DNA of 64,000 nucleotides from Octopus vulgaris. Lineage: Eukaryota. Shown one piece after another: positions 1-12,210 of the stretch; the stretch's first letter is position 1; the number at the start of each line of letters is the position of its first letter. The notes beneath the pieces were generated by a model. It made no database searches. It saw only the letters and a program-made list of their open reading frames with translations, and was not told the DNA's origin. The stretch is taken from NCBI GenBank assembly GCA_951406725.2, contig OX597814.1, positions 34,906,001 to 34,970,000 on the forward strand, read 5' to 3'. A program made the translations under genes and the position numbers.

Positions 1-60
1 CGTTAGTTAAATGAGTGGGGAACACACGACAAAATATTCTTTCCTACGCTATGTAGTGAT

Positions 61-232
61 GGGCTAGTCGATTAGATCGATCCCAGTACACAACTGGTAC
101 TTAGTTTATCGACCCCGAAAGGATGCAAGGCAAAGTCGATCTCGGCGAAATTTGAACTCAGAACGTAAAGACAAGACGAAATACTGCTAAGCATTTCGCC
201 CGGCGTGCTAACGTTTCTGCCAGCTCGCCGCC
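61..232 (-). mobile_element. tRNA-derived SINE, family A (GGCGGCGAGCTGGCAGAA head)
   Basis: Minus strand reads GGCGGCGAGCTGGCAGAAACGTTAGC (A-box-like), GAGTTCAAATT (B-box-like), then CTTTGCCTTGCATCCTTTCGGGGTCGATAAA. The sequence recurs many times in the window. Confidence 0.85.
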
Positions 233-1009
233 ATCACCCGACTAAATATTAAATGCCAAACGGTTTAAGATGTAACAAAAATACATTGCAAAACTTCCAA
301 TTCAGCATCCATAGAAACTATACTTTGACATGCTCTGAGTATTTGATTAGATTAATAAAAATCATTCTAAAACAGTCTTCCTTCATAACCCCTCTTTTTA
401 ACTGATCTACAACCTTAGGTCAAGTTAGACAAAATTGAATGGTGTTACCTTTTGTAAATGATAATATTCAGGCACTGATGAGAGTGCTTTGAATGACTTT
501 GTTCACTGGATATCCTTGTGGATTATGTAGAATTTCTAAAATTCATTAGCCTAATAGCGCTAGCGGGCAGGCTGGTGCTGCAAGTTGAGGATAAGCTCTG
601 TAACTAGTGATATCTGAACAGTTTTCCTCCGGCCAATTCAGTTTGGAAAGAATAAATGAATGACTAAATAAATGAATACATAAATAATGCTGGAGAAGTT
701 GAGTACTGACTCATATCCACTCCAACAAACATAATTTCATGTATAATTTGAGGAAAAGTTAGAAAGACAAGTACATCCACAAAAATCTATTATGAAAAGT
801 AGATTAAAGAAGATATTTTCGCGAGTATGAAACGAGCCAACATTTTAGTTTCGCGCATATTTCGCTTGTATTCGTTTGGTGGTTTTTTTTCCTGCTTTTG
901 AAGTCCTTTATTAACAATATAACAATATATCTAAAATTTGCCTTTGCATTCATATATAAACGTGCGTGTGCAAAGGTGTGTGTAAATAACATCTTATCTG
1001 TATGTCTGT

Positions 1010-1012
1010 CTG

Positions 1013-1087
<75 letters not shown>

Positions 1088-1104
1088 GTCTGTCTGTCTT
1101 TCTG

Positions 1105-1180
<76 letters not shown>
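1010..1180. repeat. (TATC)n microsatellite, left flank of the Tx1-like LINE
   Basis: Direct tandem repeat. Confidence 0.98.
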
Positions 1181-3065
1181 AAAGATCCAAGCAATGGGGA
1201 CGTCATAGATAATTTCAGGCCCATCACTCTGCTCAACGCAGATTTGAAAATTTTGGCCAAGGTGTTAGCCGAGAGGTTGGCGCTTGTCATCGAGAAACTA
1301 GTCGACAAGGCGCAAACGTGTGCCGTGCCGGGTAGGAATATCCATGACAACCTCCATCTGATGCGCTACATCATAGACAGAGTAGTTAAGGATCCTGGCA
1401 TGGGTGGGGCGCTGATCAATTTGGATCAATCCCAAGCTTTCGATAGGGTAGACCATCATTTCTTGGAGGCTGTCCTTAAAGCGGCTGGTTTCGGTCCCGT
1501 CTTCCGCGGTTGGATCGCTGTCTTATACAGCGGCATCCACTCAGTAGTTCGCGTAAATGGTCATCTGTCCAAACCTTCTAGCATCATGCATTCGGTTCGT
1601 CAAGAATGCCCCCTCACATCGCTTCTGTATGTATTGACTCTTGAGCCACTACTACGGAAACTGGTGACGCCGAGGAGCATCCCACGAGAGCTGGATGCGG
1701 GAGGAGCGTGTCTGCATACGCGGACGACGTCACCGTCATAGTGTCGAGCCACGAGCACATCGACCTGGTCGGCGAGACACTAAAAGAATACGAAGCGGTA
1801 ACAGGAGCGAAAATTAACCGGGAAAAGTCAGTGGACTTGCGGCTCGGCACCTGGAGAAGCAAGCCCATGCCGTCCAACAGCGTCTTCATCGTGGGACATT
1901 GGACCGACGGACCGGTTAAATTGCTCGGAGTCTGGTTCGGTCCGGACCTCCAAATGGAGAAGAACTGGGGCGAAATAACGACTAGGGTGGCCACTCTCAC
2001 CCAGCAATGGGCTGAGAGGAAGCTATCACTAAAAGGTCGGGCGGAGGTGGCGAACGCGTACATCACATCCGTCATCGAGTACCGTCTGACCGTCGAGCCT
2101 TGTCCCGACCCTACCATCACCAAACTAGAACGCATACTCTTCCGCTTCCTGTGGAAGGGAAGCGTTCCGATGGTTAGGGGATCCATCTGCTATCAACACC
2201 TGCTAAATGGAGGGCTAGGCACACCGTGGTTGATGATACGCAGATATGCGCTGAGACTGCGACATCTCCGGCGCTTCATAGACGACGGTGAACAGGTGTG
2301 GTCGCCTTTTGTGCGACGTGCTTCCCGCATCTCGTCTCCTTGGCTGAACTACAGTCGTGGATCAAACAGAGACCGAGCCTAGGCGAATGGCACCGCGAGT
2401 GTCGTGTTGCTCTCAAGCAACTCTGCCGTTCGGGATCAAACTTGTGCGACTTCATTTCAACAAAGACGTTCTATAGAGGATTAGTGGAGGGGAGGTACGA
2501 CGACGTTCTCGGGCAGAGTCTGGGCGTCGACGAGAAACACCTGACCCGCCTGTGACAATCACCAAAGATCCCTGGCCTGGCAGTGCTATCGAGAAGCATT
2601 ACCTGCTCTACAGGCACGGTTCGAGATACACCGGACCTACTTGCCCGAGATGCAGTCAGAGCGACGAAACCGTTCTGCACACACTCGTGCAGTGTCCAAC
2701 CATTTCGGACCTGTAGGTTTATGCCAAACAGCAGCTGTTATGTGTGGGACGAGTCCGCCTGTCGGCCGAGTCTATCGTGTTATTTGCTCCGCCACCTTCC
2801 GTCAACCGGGAAGGCAAGGTAGTCTTCATCTTACTGGTGACCATGGTGAAAGAATGTGTATGGTGGACTCGAGCGAAAGGATTAGAGACAAACACTTACC
2901 TCTCTGGCCAATTGCTTATCAACTTTTTCAAGTACCTCTTGAAAAGGAAGGTGAGAAAGGAGAGGTAGGTTTTGTCTCGTGAAAGTTTCAAAAAAAGGTG
3001 GGTGAACGTAGCAAAGATGGTGCGTGCGAGTGACGAAACCACTTTGTGCATGATCTTGTAAATCG

Positions 3066-3102
<37 letters not shown>

Positions 3103-3382
3103 TTTGCTCTTATGTACTTATTCCCTCCTTGCCTCAAGGTTACCGCGGTCTTTTCCGTAGGCTTTTCTTTCCATGGATAAACTTAATCTTGCTTTTTGCA
3201 TTTTTAAAATTCTTCTGTGATACACGATTCCTTATGATCTTTTTTTTTCCCGATCCCTTTTGACCGGAATTTTACTTTGTTTTTCTCATTTTTCCCATTT
3301 TCTTTATCATTTTCGAAAAGAGAAGCTCTACCTTTATATTTGTCCCCCCTGTGTTCAGCCCTGTGTGGCCAATAAAGAAAGT
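1181..3382 (+). mobile_element. 5'-truncated, frameshifted L1/Tx1-clade non-LTR retrotransposon (ORF2 RT and C-terminal region plus 3' UTR)
   Basis: Translates as [63 protein letters not shown] across ORFs 1244-1741, 1708-2382 and 2744-2968. Ends AATAAAGAAAG immediately before (TATC)n. Confidence 0.9.
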
Positions 3383-3385
3383 TAC

Positions 3386-3466
<81 letters not shown>
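3386..3466. repeat. (TATC)n microsatellite, right flank of the Tx1-like LINE
   Basis: Direct tandem repeat. Confidence 0.98.
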
Positions 3467-4445
3467 CTGAGGGAGAGAGTTGAATCCTATACATTTTTTT
3501 TCGTTTCGAATTCATGTAGCGAGTGAAGTTTACTAGTCTACTATAGCCGACATAATCAACGGCGTTGTATACCTTGTATGTCACGCTTTAATTCAATGAC
3601 AATGAAAGGAGTGAATCGTGGTTTAATTGTCTTTGGGCAGGATTCGAACTCACAATGTTTCAGAAACGAAAGAAAACATTGTAACGTATTCCTTTTGTTA
3701 AATATAAATTGAAGAGTCACAAAAAAAAGAAAAAGCGTTTTCTATGTTATTTTATTTCTTCCTTCCCGTCATCGTTTAACGGAAACAGGATATTAAAATA
3801 TTTCCGTTTTTAAATTGAAAATTTCTATCGACAAAACTGTCTTGAACGTGAGATATCTACCTTTCAAACGTGTATTTTATGCATAGTTTCCTCAAGCAGA
3901 TATAATGACGCAAATTGATTTTTCTTCACATCAAATAATGACACGAATTCATTTTTCTTTTTTTTTTTTTACATTTAATGTCTCGGTCTGTCGTACCAAC
4001 ATTTTTACATGCTCTCCACTCTCACTCTTTCCGCCCCATTCTCACCCTCTTTCTACCTCTCTGTCTCTCTTCCTCCCTCACAGTCTGTCTTTCTTTCTCG
4101 CCCCCTTCTCTCTCAATATTCTATCATCTTATCAATATCATAACATTAGTCTTGTTAGAAATTAATATAGGTATACAGTATACTCCTGTATGTATGTATG
4201 TATGTATGTATGTATGTATGTATGTATGTATGTATGTATGTATGTATGTATGTATGTATGTATGTATGTATGTATGTATACACCCCCATCACACACACGT
4301 ATATGTACAGATATTTATGCACACATATACATGCATGTATGTATAAGCGGAAAAGCTTGTATGGTCGAACGTCGCTGTGTATTTTTTAGTACGTATGTTT
4401 GATCGTTCTGTTTGATCATTCAATACGAAATACACTACCCACAGA

Positions 4446-4476
<31 letters not shown>

Positions 4477-5129
4477 TGTATGTATGTATGTATGTATGTA
4501 TGTATGTATATAAGCACACATACACTCATACACATACACACGCACATCCAGATATATGTATGTAGATACATATGTGTGTGTCTCTTTGTATACAAGCATA
4601 TAAATATGTCTGTATAAATTTTTGTTATGTAATAATTTTACTGCTTTCAGGTCGTTACTCTGTGGACATTGTGGAGTAGAACATTAAATGAAATAAAGCA
4701 TTGCATCGATACCAGTACTTGTCGGGTATATGTCGACCTCGGAAGAATGAAAAGCAAAGGCAACATATATTCAAGATTAGAACATAATCAAATGCAAGTT
4801 GTTTTATTCTATACTCTACCAATGCCCCATTCATATAAGCTTACATACGAACCTTCATATGTATGTGTGCGTGTGTATATGTATGTGTGTGTATGTGTTT
4901 GTGTGTTTGTGTGTGTGTGTGTGTGTGTGTATACTTCTAATATAGGATAGGATAAATCCCCCCCCCCGAAAAATACATTAAAGTGGCCAGTATATTAAAA
5001 TACATTTAAAGGTGTTAATCATAAACAATTATAAACAGGAGCAAAAGAAAAAAAGATTTCTATGCCAATATGTTGAGAGTAGACTTTAAATCGTCATTCA
5101 GCACATTACAATAAACAATATATAATTGT

Positions 5130-5180
<51 letters not shown>

Positions 5181-5210
5181 TATATGTATATATATATATG
5201 TATATATATG

Positions 5211-5249
<39 letters not shown>

Positions 5250-5297
5250 AATATAAAAATATATAAATATACATCATCATCATCATCATCATTATTA

Positions 5298-5397
<100 letters not shown>

Positions 5398-5479
5398 GGG
5401 TCGATAAATCAAGTACAAGTAAAACACTGGGGTCGATATAATCAACTTACGATACGATCAACTTAGCCCCTCCCTTAAA

Positions 5480-6260
5480 AATAGCTGCCCTTGTGGTAAA
5501 ATTTGAAACGGCTATTATTATTATAAAGAATAAAATGCTTTGAATGGTACAATGGACTATAATACAAACAATGGGCTATATACCTGTTGTAATTTAGCCA
5601 TCCATAGTTTGATGATATTTCGGAATAAAATTCCTTCTTCAGATATTCTTGGATGGAGTCGCTGATATAATCGGTTTTCCAACGGCTTTTAGTAAAAATT
5701 GCCAATAACATTGTTAATGATATGCCGAAAAATGAAACTTTATTCACTTTTGCATTAGCTAATTAGGAGCATCTCAATGCTTTTATTGTAGAACAATTAA
5801 AAATTTTATCAAAAAACAACAAAAACAACAAAAAAGAAAACGGACTCAACAGCAAAATGGCGATACCAAATAGGCATTTGCTGAATAAGTGGTACCAAAA
5901 GGCTCTAAATCAGAGGTACTGGATTGCCGACGCCAAAACGTCTCTAACCCAATTCCTTCCCTGGTGCCTAACAAGCGAGGCAAGGTATTACTAAATCTCA
6001 TTAACATAATTTGGCTTTTGGTACAACAGACCGATGTATTTGTCGCAGTCACATACACAAGTCTCTGAACGAGCTATCCTCTAACCAGGCATCTGCTGCT
6101 TTGCTTTTACTTCTGGCTTTCTTTATCACATTTCCCTGTGGTCATTATTGACGGAGTTTGACTTCATTTGCCAATAAACTAGTCGTCTTTCTATAATGAG
6201 GTGGTCTTACAATGAAATTATACACTCGTAGTGAAGATAAACTCCATTAGTAAATTGTGT
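5480..6260 (-). mobile_element. Possible decayed hAT (Charlie-like) transposase remnant
   Basis: ORF 5846-6058 contains LETFW...LEPFGTTY, resembling the hAT C-terminal dimerisation motif (FW...LPF.TTY.CE). Heavily degenerate. Confidence 0.35.
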
Positions 6261-6821
6261 AATTCTTACTAAGCATGGATACTTTTAACTGAAAATGAAC
6301 ATTTTCGGTTTCCACACGGAGCGTCTAGTAATGTCCGTCTGTGTGCGTGCGAGCCTGCGAGCCGGCGTCTGTACGTGTGTGTGTGTATGTATGTGTGTGT
6401 GCGCACGCGTGCGTCAGTGTGCGCGCGCACGTAAACTTGATTATATGATCGATTGAATCCGCAATTAAGAATGAACTTATTGCAACAGAATTTGTTGCAT
6501 TCATTCGATGCTTCCTTACAAACTCGCAAATCGGTTCAATTATCGAATCAGCTAAGAAAACTGTTGATACGTAAATTGCAGTACATGTCTAGTTTTTAGA
6601 GAGACACTGAATACATACATACATACATACATACACACACATACATACATACATACATACATACATACATACATACATACATACATACATACATACATAC
6701 ATACATACAGCCGAAATTGCGAGGATGATCCGGTTCTTGACTGAAGATTGAAGGCTTCGAATGTCCCGTCCGTGTTTTTTGTATCGTCTTCTAAATGTTT
6801 TGCGTTCTTATCCCAGTTTGT

Positions 6822-6860
<39 letters not shown>

Positions 6861-6864
<4 letters not shown>

Positions 6865-7116
6865 CATAAGGGACATTAGCCATTTGAATGTGGCTAGGGA
6901 CAGGGCAGGGCGGTGGGGGTGTTACTGATGCATTTAGCCCCAGGCGATCATCAACGTCACCAGATAGGCTGACACCATTACGGTGTCCTCTATCCGTGAT
7001 AGTGTCAGCCTATCTGGTGACGTTGATGATCGCCTGGGGCTAAATGCATCAGTAACACCCCCACCGCCCTGCCCTGTCCCTAGCCACATTCAAATGGCTA
7101 ATGTCCCTTATGTTAT
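6861..7116. repeat. 123-bp-arm inverted repeat (fold-back) with a 10-nt loop, embedded in (TA)n
   Basis: 6861-6983 is the reverse complement of 6994-7116, with two mismatches seen next to the loop. Confidence 0.95.
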
Positions 7117-7174
7117 GGAGCAGTTACTGTATATACCTCGTTTAGAGAATTATTATTGCTATATATATATATAT

Positions 7175-7265
7175 AGTTGGAATTTATAGAAAAACACAAG
7201 ACGAAGACAGGTGTATGAGCAACAAGCAAGTGTATTAGTTTTACGCTCGGGTAAAATGAAAAAGT

Positions 7266-7268
<3 letters not shown>
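7175..7268 (-). mobile_element. 3' fragment of a PLE terminal repeat (same family as 25870-26060 and 57935-58089)
   Basis: Minus strand AAGACTTTTTCATTTTACCCGAGCGTAAAACTAATACAC...CACCTGTCTTCGTCTT...TCCAACTA aligns with the post-ribozyme part of 25956-26060 and 57995-58089. Confidence 0.75.
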
Positions 7269-7341
<73 letters not shown>

Positions 7342-7357
7342 AATATATATACATATA

Positions 7358-8110
7358 CGCGAAGGGTTTCCCAAAATTCCGGTTCCCCAAAAGAAACCGG
7401 AACTTTGCAATATTGTTCTACTTAGTTTTACATGTTTATACTTTTATCGCCTTCAAAGTATTCTCCATTTGAAACAATGCTTCGGTCCAGGCACGTTTTC
7501 CACTATTCGAAGCAGTGCAGGAACTCTTGCAAAGTCACGCCTTTTAACGCCTCCATGTTTTTTCTTCACCTCTTCCACATCTGCAAATTCCATTGCACCA
7601 GCTTTCGTTACCAGTGATGAGTTTCTCAAAAATGATCTAAATCAACTTCCAACTGTTTTTTCAGTTCACGACACGCATTCAGTCGTGATGGCTTTTGATC
7701 TTCTGTGAGTAAGCGAGGAACACATTTTGTTGTAACTCTTTTCATTTGAATTCCTCGCTCAAAGTTTGTTTCCAGGAGCCCCAGGACACACCAATCATAT
7801 CAACAACTTTATCAGTTGTTTGGTGATGGTCCTACAAGATCAGTTCATGAAATTTCATGCTGTTTTCATTCGCTCGGGAAATTGGCGGTCTCCCTGAACG
7901 AGGTTGGTCGTCAAGCGACAACTTACCACTCCTAAAGCGTGGAAACCACTTGTGTTTTGTTCTTGGCAGCGTCCTTGTAAGCTGTTTAAAGTATGACAGC
8001 TGTTTCGACCGCCGTTTTCCCCAGCAGAAAACAGAATTTCACGGAAGCACACTTTACCTTCTTTTCAGCCATCACAAAAATCGACGAAATCAAAGAATAG
8101 TCATGCAGTA
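7358..8110 (-). mobile_element. Internally deleted mariner transposon relic
   Basis: Reverse-complement homologue of 62511-63404, including the right end, the N-terminal ASVKFCF segment and a TGDE-type motif region. Confidence 0.8.
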
Positions 8111-8274
8111 AATGCTATTCCGGTCAGGTGTAAAAATAATTAAAGCTTATAAAGAAAGCTTATTTTGGGCTTTAATTCAGAAATTGGAACCAATTCACAA
8201 TTAAAGTGTGGCCTTTCTAATATTCTTTCACTAGCCCGCTTCCAGCCATGTGTATGTATATCTGGAGCTTTTGG

Positions 8275-8328
<54 letters not shown>

Positions 8329-8400
8329 AATTATAATTTTCACCTTTAAAGGTATTTTAATATGCTGGCCACTTTGGAAAAAATTTATCCTATATTAGAA

Positions 8401-8434
<34 letters not shown>

Positions 8435-8451
8435 AGAGAGAGAGAGAGAGG

Positions 8452-8487
<36 letters not shown>

Positions 8488-8499
8488 AAGAGAAAGAGT

Positions 8500-9300
8500 T
8501 TCTACATGGCCTGAATGTAGAAAATTGTAGTTTTGGCTACGGTATTTCTTTTCTACTCATGAAATAGAGCGAGTGGGACAAAATGTATCGAGAAGAAAGG
8601 CCAGGGATGGCGATGGTTGTGGAAGACGTTCCAAGATTCCCGAGAAATTTGTGGTTGGCCTCCAGCTTGAATTCTTAGAGTCATTAGTTATCTTGTAGAA
8701 AGGAAATGGACACAGATAGAATTGTAAAGGATTGCATTTCGTGGAGGTAAAAATGGATAAAATGTTTAGAGCTGAATTTAGCAGCAGAGATTCGAAAAAG
8801 TGATCAGTGTTTCACTTGAGTCTAAAGACTTTAGTTTTATTTTACGCTTTTGTGTTATAAAATGTTGCAAATGCTCTGGTTGTGGATAATCAATGAGAAA
8901 ATGTAATAATTGTACAATTGATATTGGCCATATGGAATTTATTAATTGTCTTTTAAATTTGATCAAGAGATTTATATTTTCGTTATGTTCTAATAAATTA
9001 TTATTACAAGATTATGACTGACATGATATATGTTATTTAATTAAGGATTGATAATATACTTCTGTTCAATAGCTTGCTGTATGTATTTTAATATATTATT
9101 AAATCTGACGTACGTTTTTTTCAAATCTTTAATGGGCGCCATATTTATGGTATTTCTTACATTAAACTTGGTTTCTGCGTTGTAAAATTCGATGTAAATA
9201 ATTATTTGAGTATCTTTTGTTAACTTCGATTATTGTAATCAATTAATTTCTACATGTTGCTGCTTTTATGGAGAAATATTTAAAGACCATTCGGAAGTGA
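8500..9300 (-). mobile_element. Possible ancient CR1/L2-like LINE 3' remnant
   Basis: Weak motif resemblance in ORF 8778-8966 (SIWP...LQHFIT...LKSL) to CR1/L2 ORF2 C-termini. Confidence 0.3.
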
Positions 9301-9648
9301 GATTTTATTACTTAAATGTTATTGTTTGTACAGACATTCGGTATCACCACATAAGAAGAGTAACTATTTTCGTTTTGTATGTATGTGTTTATATTGGAAT
9401 CTGATATGCGATATGTATTTTGTTTTAGCATTTCATTATGTATGTATGTATGTATGTATGTATGTATGTATGTATGTTTGTATGTATGTATATGTACTCA
9501 CAAGTACGCACACACATATATATACACAAACACACAAGCACACACACGTACAGATATTTATATCATATAAGTCTTCAAATAGACTGAATCTTTGTCTGTG
9601 AGATTTTAGACATTTAAATAAAACGAAGTTTCTGTTGATACACAACAC

Positions 9649-9702
<54 letters not shown>

Positions 9703-9779
9703 ACACACACACACATACACACACACACACGCATGCATATACACACGCACACATATATGAGAGGCTGTTTATTAATACG

Positions 9780-10154
9780 TCTGGCAAGAAATGAATTGAA
9801 CATCTTCCACACTGACTGTTTTAGAAGCGTAGTGGCGGCAGCTGATTGGGCAGAATTCCCAAGTGTGGTATGTTGGACAGAGCAAAGTCTATAAAGCATG
9901 TTCTGTATTCTAATCTAGTGATTTCTGTGATGACTGAGCCAAGTTCAAAGAACGCCTTTTGGAGTTATTCCCAAATCTATTTTCTGCGGACAACTTGACA
10001 GATCATCCGTGTCTCATATCTAGTGAGTGACGTCTGCAAAGCATACACAATCTCTGAGGCAATGAATGTCGATACCTTATTGGGAACATAGAGGAAATTG
10101 ACTGATGACGATGCAATATTCTCGTGAAGATGTGTTTCGATGTAAGAGCCTGAT
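9780..10154 (-). mobile_element. Decayed LINE RT remnant interrupted by a SINE
   Basis: Minus strand gives FADV (FADD-like) followed by LGSVIT at typical RT spacing. Many stops. Confidence 0.4.
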
Positions 10155-10172
10155 ACTAAGTCGACAAATGAC

Positions 10173-10348
10173 TTGCCATTTACGTTCTGAGTTCAAATTC
10201 CGCCGAGGTCGACTTTGCCTTTCATCCTTTTGGGGTCGATAAATTAAGTACCAGTTACGCACTGGGGTCGATCTAATCGACTTAAATCCTTTTATCTGTT
10301 CTTGTTTGTCCCCTCTATGTTTAGCCCCTTGTGGGCAATAGAGAAATA
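10173..10348 (+). mobile_element. 5'-truncated SINE family A with 18-bp target-site duplication
   Basis: B-box GTTCAAATTCC and family body. Flanked by ACTAAGTCGACAAATGAC (10155-10172) and ACTAAGTAGACAAATGAC (10349-10366). Confidence 0.9.
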
Positions 10349-10719
10349 ACTAAGTAGACAAATGACATTGGTGAAAATAAGTGAATCCCAACATGGCATC
10401 ACTCATCTAGTCATGCCCTCCCTCGTTCGCTCACTTCTTTACTCATTCGTCTGTTTCTCCCTCAGTTATCTCTTCATTTATTCCCTTCACTTATTTACCC
10501 ACTCTGTCATGTAGTCACTCTCTCAATTCTCTACTCTCGGGCTGACTAACTGACTAAATCACTCATTTTCTTTCTTACTCAACAGTCCTTCACAAATTCA
10601 CTTTTTCTCTCATTTCCTCATACGTTCACTCACTTATGCACTTTCTCACTCTTTCATTTCCTCTATGAAATTTTTACTCAATCACTCAAGCATTCACTGT
10701 TTTGTTAATTTCCTCACCT

Positions 10720-11385
10720 GCTCCCTCTCTCCCTCACTCACTGACTCACTAACCCACTCACTCACTCCCTCCCTCCGTCCCTCACTCACTCCCTCCCTCC
10801 GTCCCTCACTCACTCACTCCCTCCCTCACTCAATCACTCACTCACTCACTCACTAACACACTCACTCACTAACCCACTCACTCACTCAATCACACACTCA
10901 TTCACTCACTCACTCACTCACTCACTCATTAACCCACTCACTCACTCATTCATTCACTCGCTTGCTCACTCACTTACTCACTAACCCACTCACTCACTTA
11001 CTCACTTACTCATTTATTCACTCACTCGCTCACTCACTTACTCACTCACTCGTTCACTCACTCACTCACTAAAACACTCACTCACTCTCTAACCCACTTA
11101 CTCACACACTCACTCACTCACTCACTCACTCATTAATCTACTCACTCACTCATTCATTCACTCGCTCGCTCACTCACTCACTCACTTACTCACTCACCCA
11201 CTCACTCACTTACTCACTCGCTCGCTCGCTCCCTCGCTCGCTCACTCACTCATTCATTCACTCACTCATTCACTCACTCACTCACTCACTCACTCACTAA
11301 CCCACTCACTCACTCATTCATTCACTCGCCCTCTCGCTCGCTCGCTCACTCACTCGCTCACTCACTCACCCGCTCACCTCATTAT
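10720..11385. repeat. Degenerate (TCAC)n/(TCGC)n tetranucleotide array
   Basis: Direct tandem repeat with recurrent ACTAACCC variants. Confidence 0.95.
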
Positions 11386-11796
11386 TAATTCACTCACACT
11401 CTTTCTCATTCCTTCGTCATGGGAAGGAGGCAAAGTTGTTGGTCGTCAATTAATGTTAAGATCAAATATCTTTGTATCAATATATGCAGCAAAATCGTGC
11501 ATGAGGAGTATTATCACTGCTAAGAAACAGGCTGGGACCTGGAGAACGAAACGCAGAATGAGCAATACAAAAAGAGAGATTGATGCGTCGATGGACTCAG
11601 AATATATGGATAGGGGCAGAGAACAGTATAATGAGAAGGAAGGTGGTTCAGAGTGGGCACAATGTGTCTACTAGCTAGCAGTTGTAGTGAGTGGGTGAAT
11701 ATTTGCCAATCAATTGACTAAAGTTCTTTTGGCTGAGACCTTGGACGTTGGTTGTTTGGTCTACAATGTGTATGCATGATACAGAAGCAGTAATCT

Positions 11797-12210
11797 ATTT
11801 CTTTATTACCCACAAAGGGCCTTTATACACAGAGAGGACAAACAAGGACAAACGGATTAAGTCGATTATATCGACTCCAGTGCGTAACTGGTACTTATTC
11901 AATCGATCCCGAAAGGATGAAAGGCAAAGTCGACCTCGGCGGAATTTGAACTCAGAACGTAGCAGCAGACGAAATACCTTTTTTTTTTACTACCCACAAA
12001 GGGCTCGGCATAGAGAGGACAAACAAAGACAGACAAACGGATTAAGTCGATTATATCGAACCCAGTGCGTAACTGGTACTTAATTAATCGACCCCGAAAG
12101 GATGAAAGGCAAAGTCGACCTCGGCTGAATTTGAACTCAGAACGTAACTGCAGACGAAATACGGCTACGCATTTCGCCCGGCGTGCTAACGTTTCTACCA
12201 GCTCGCCGCC
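11797..12210 (-). mobile_element. Two adjacent SINE family A copies (5'-truncated 11797-11978; full-length about 11985-12210)
   Basis: Both carry the body and the TTGTGGGTA(A/G)TAAA tail. Only the second has the GGCGGCGAGCTGG head. Confidence 0.9.

Noticed and set aside
6710-6830. CTGAAGA...CGAATGTC as a hammerhead
   Set aside because: GAAA is absent and stem I cannot be formed.
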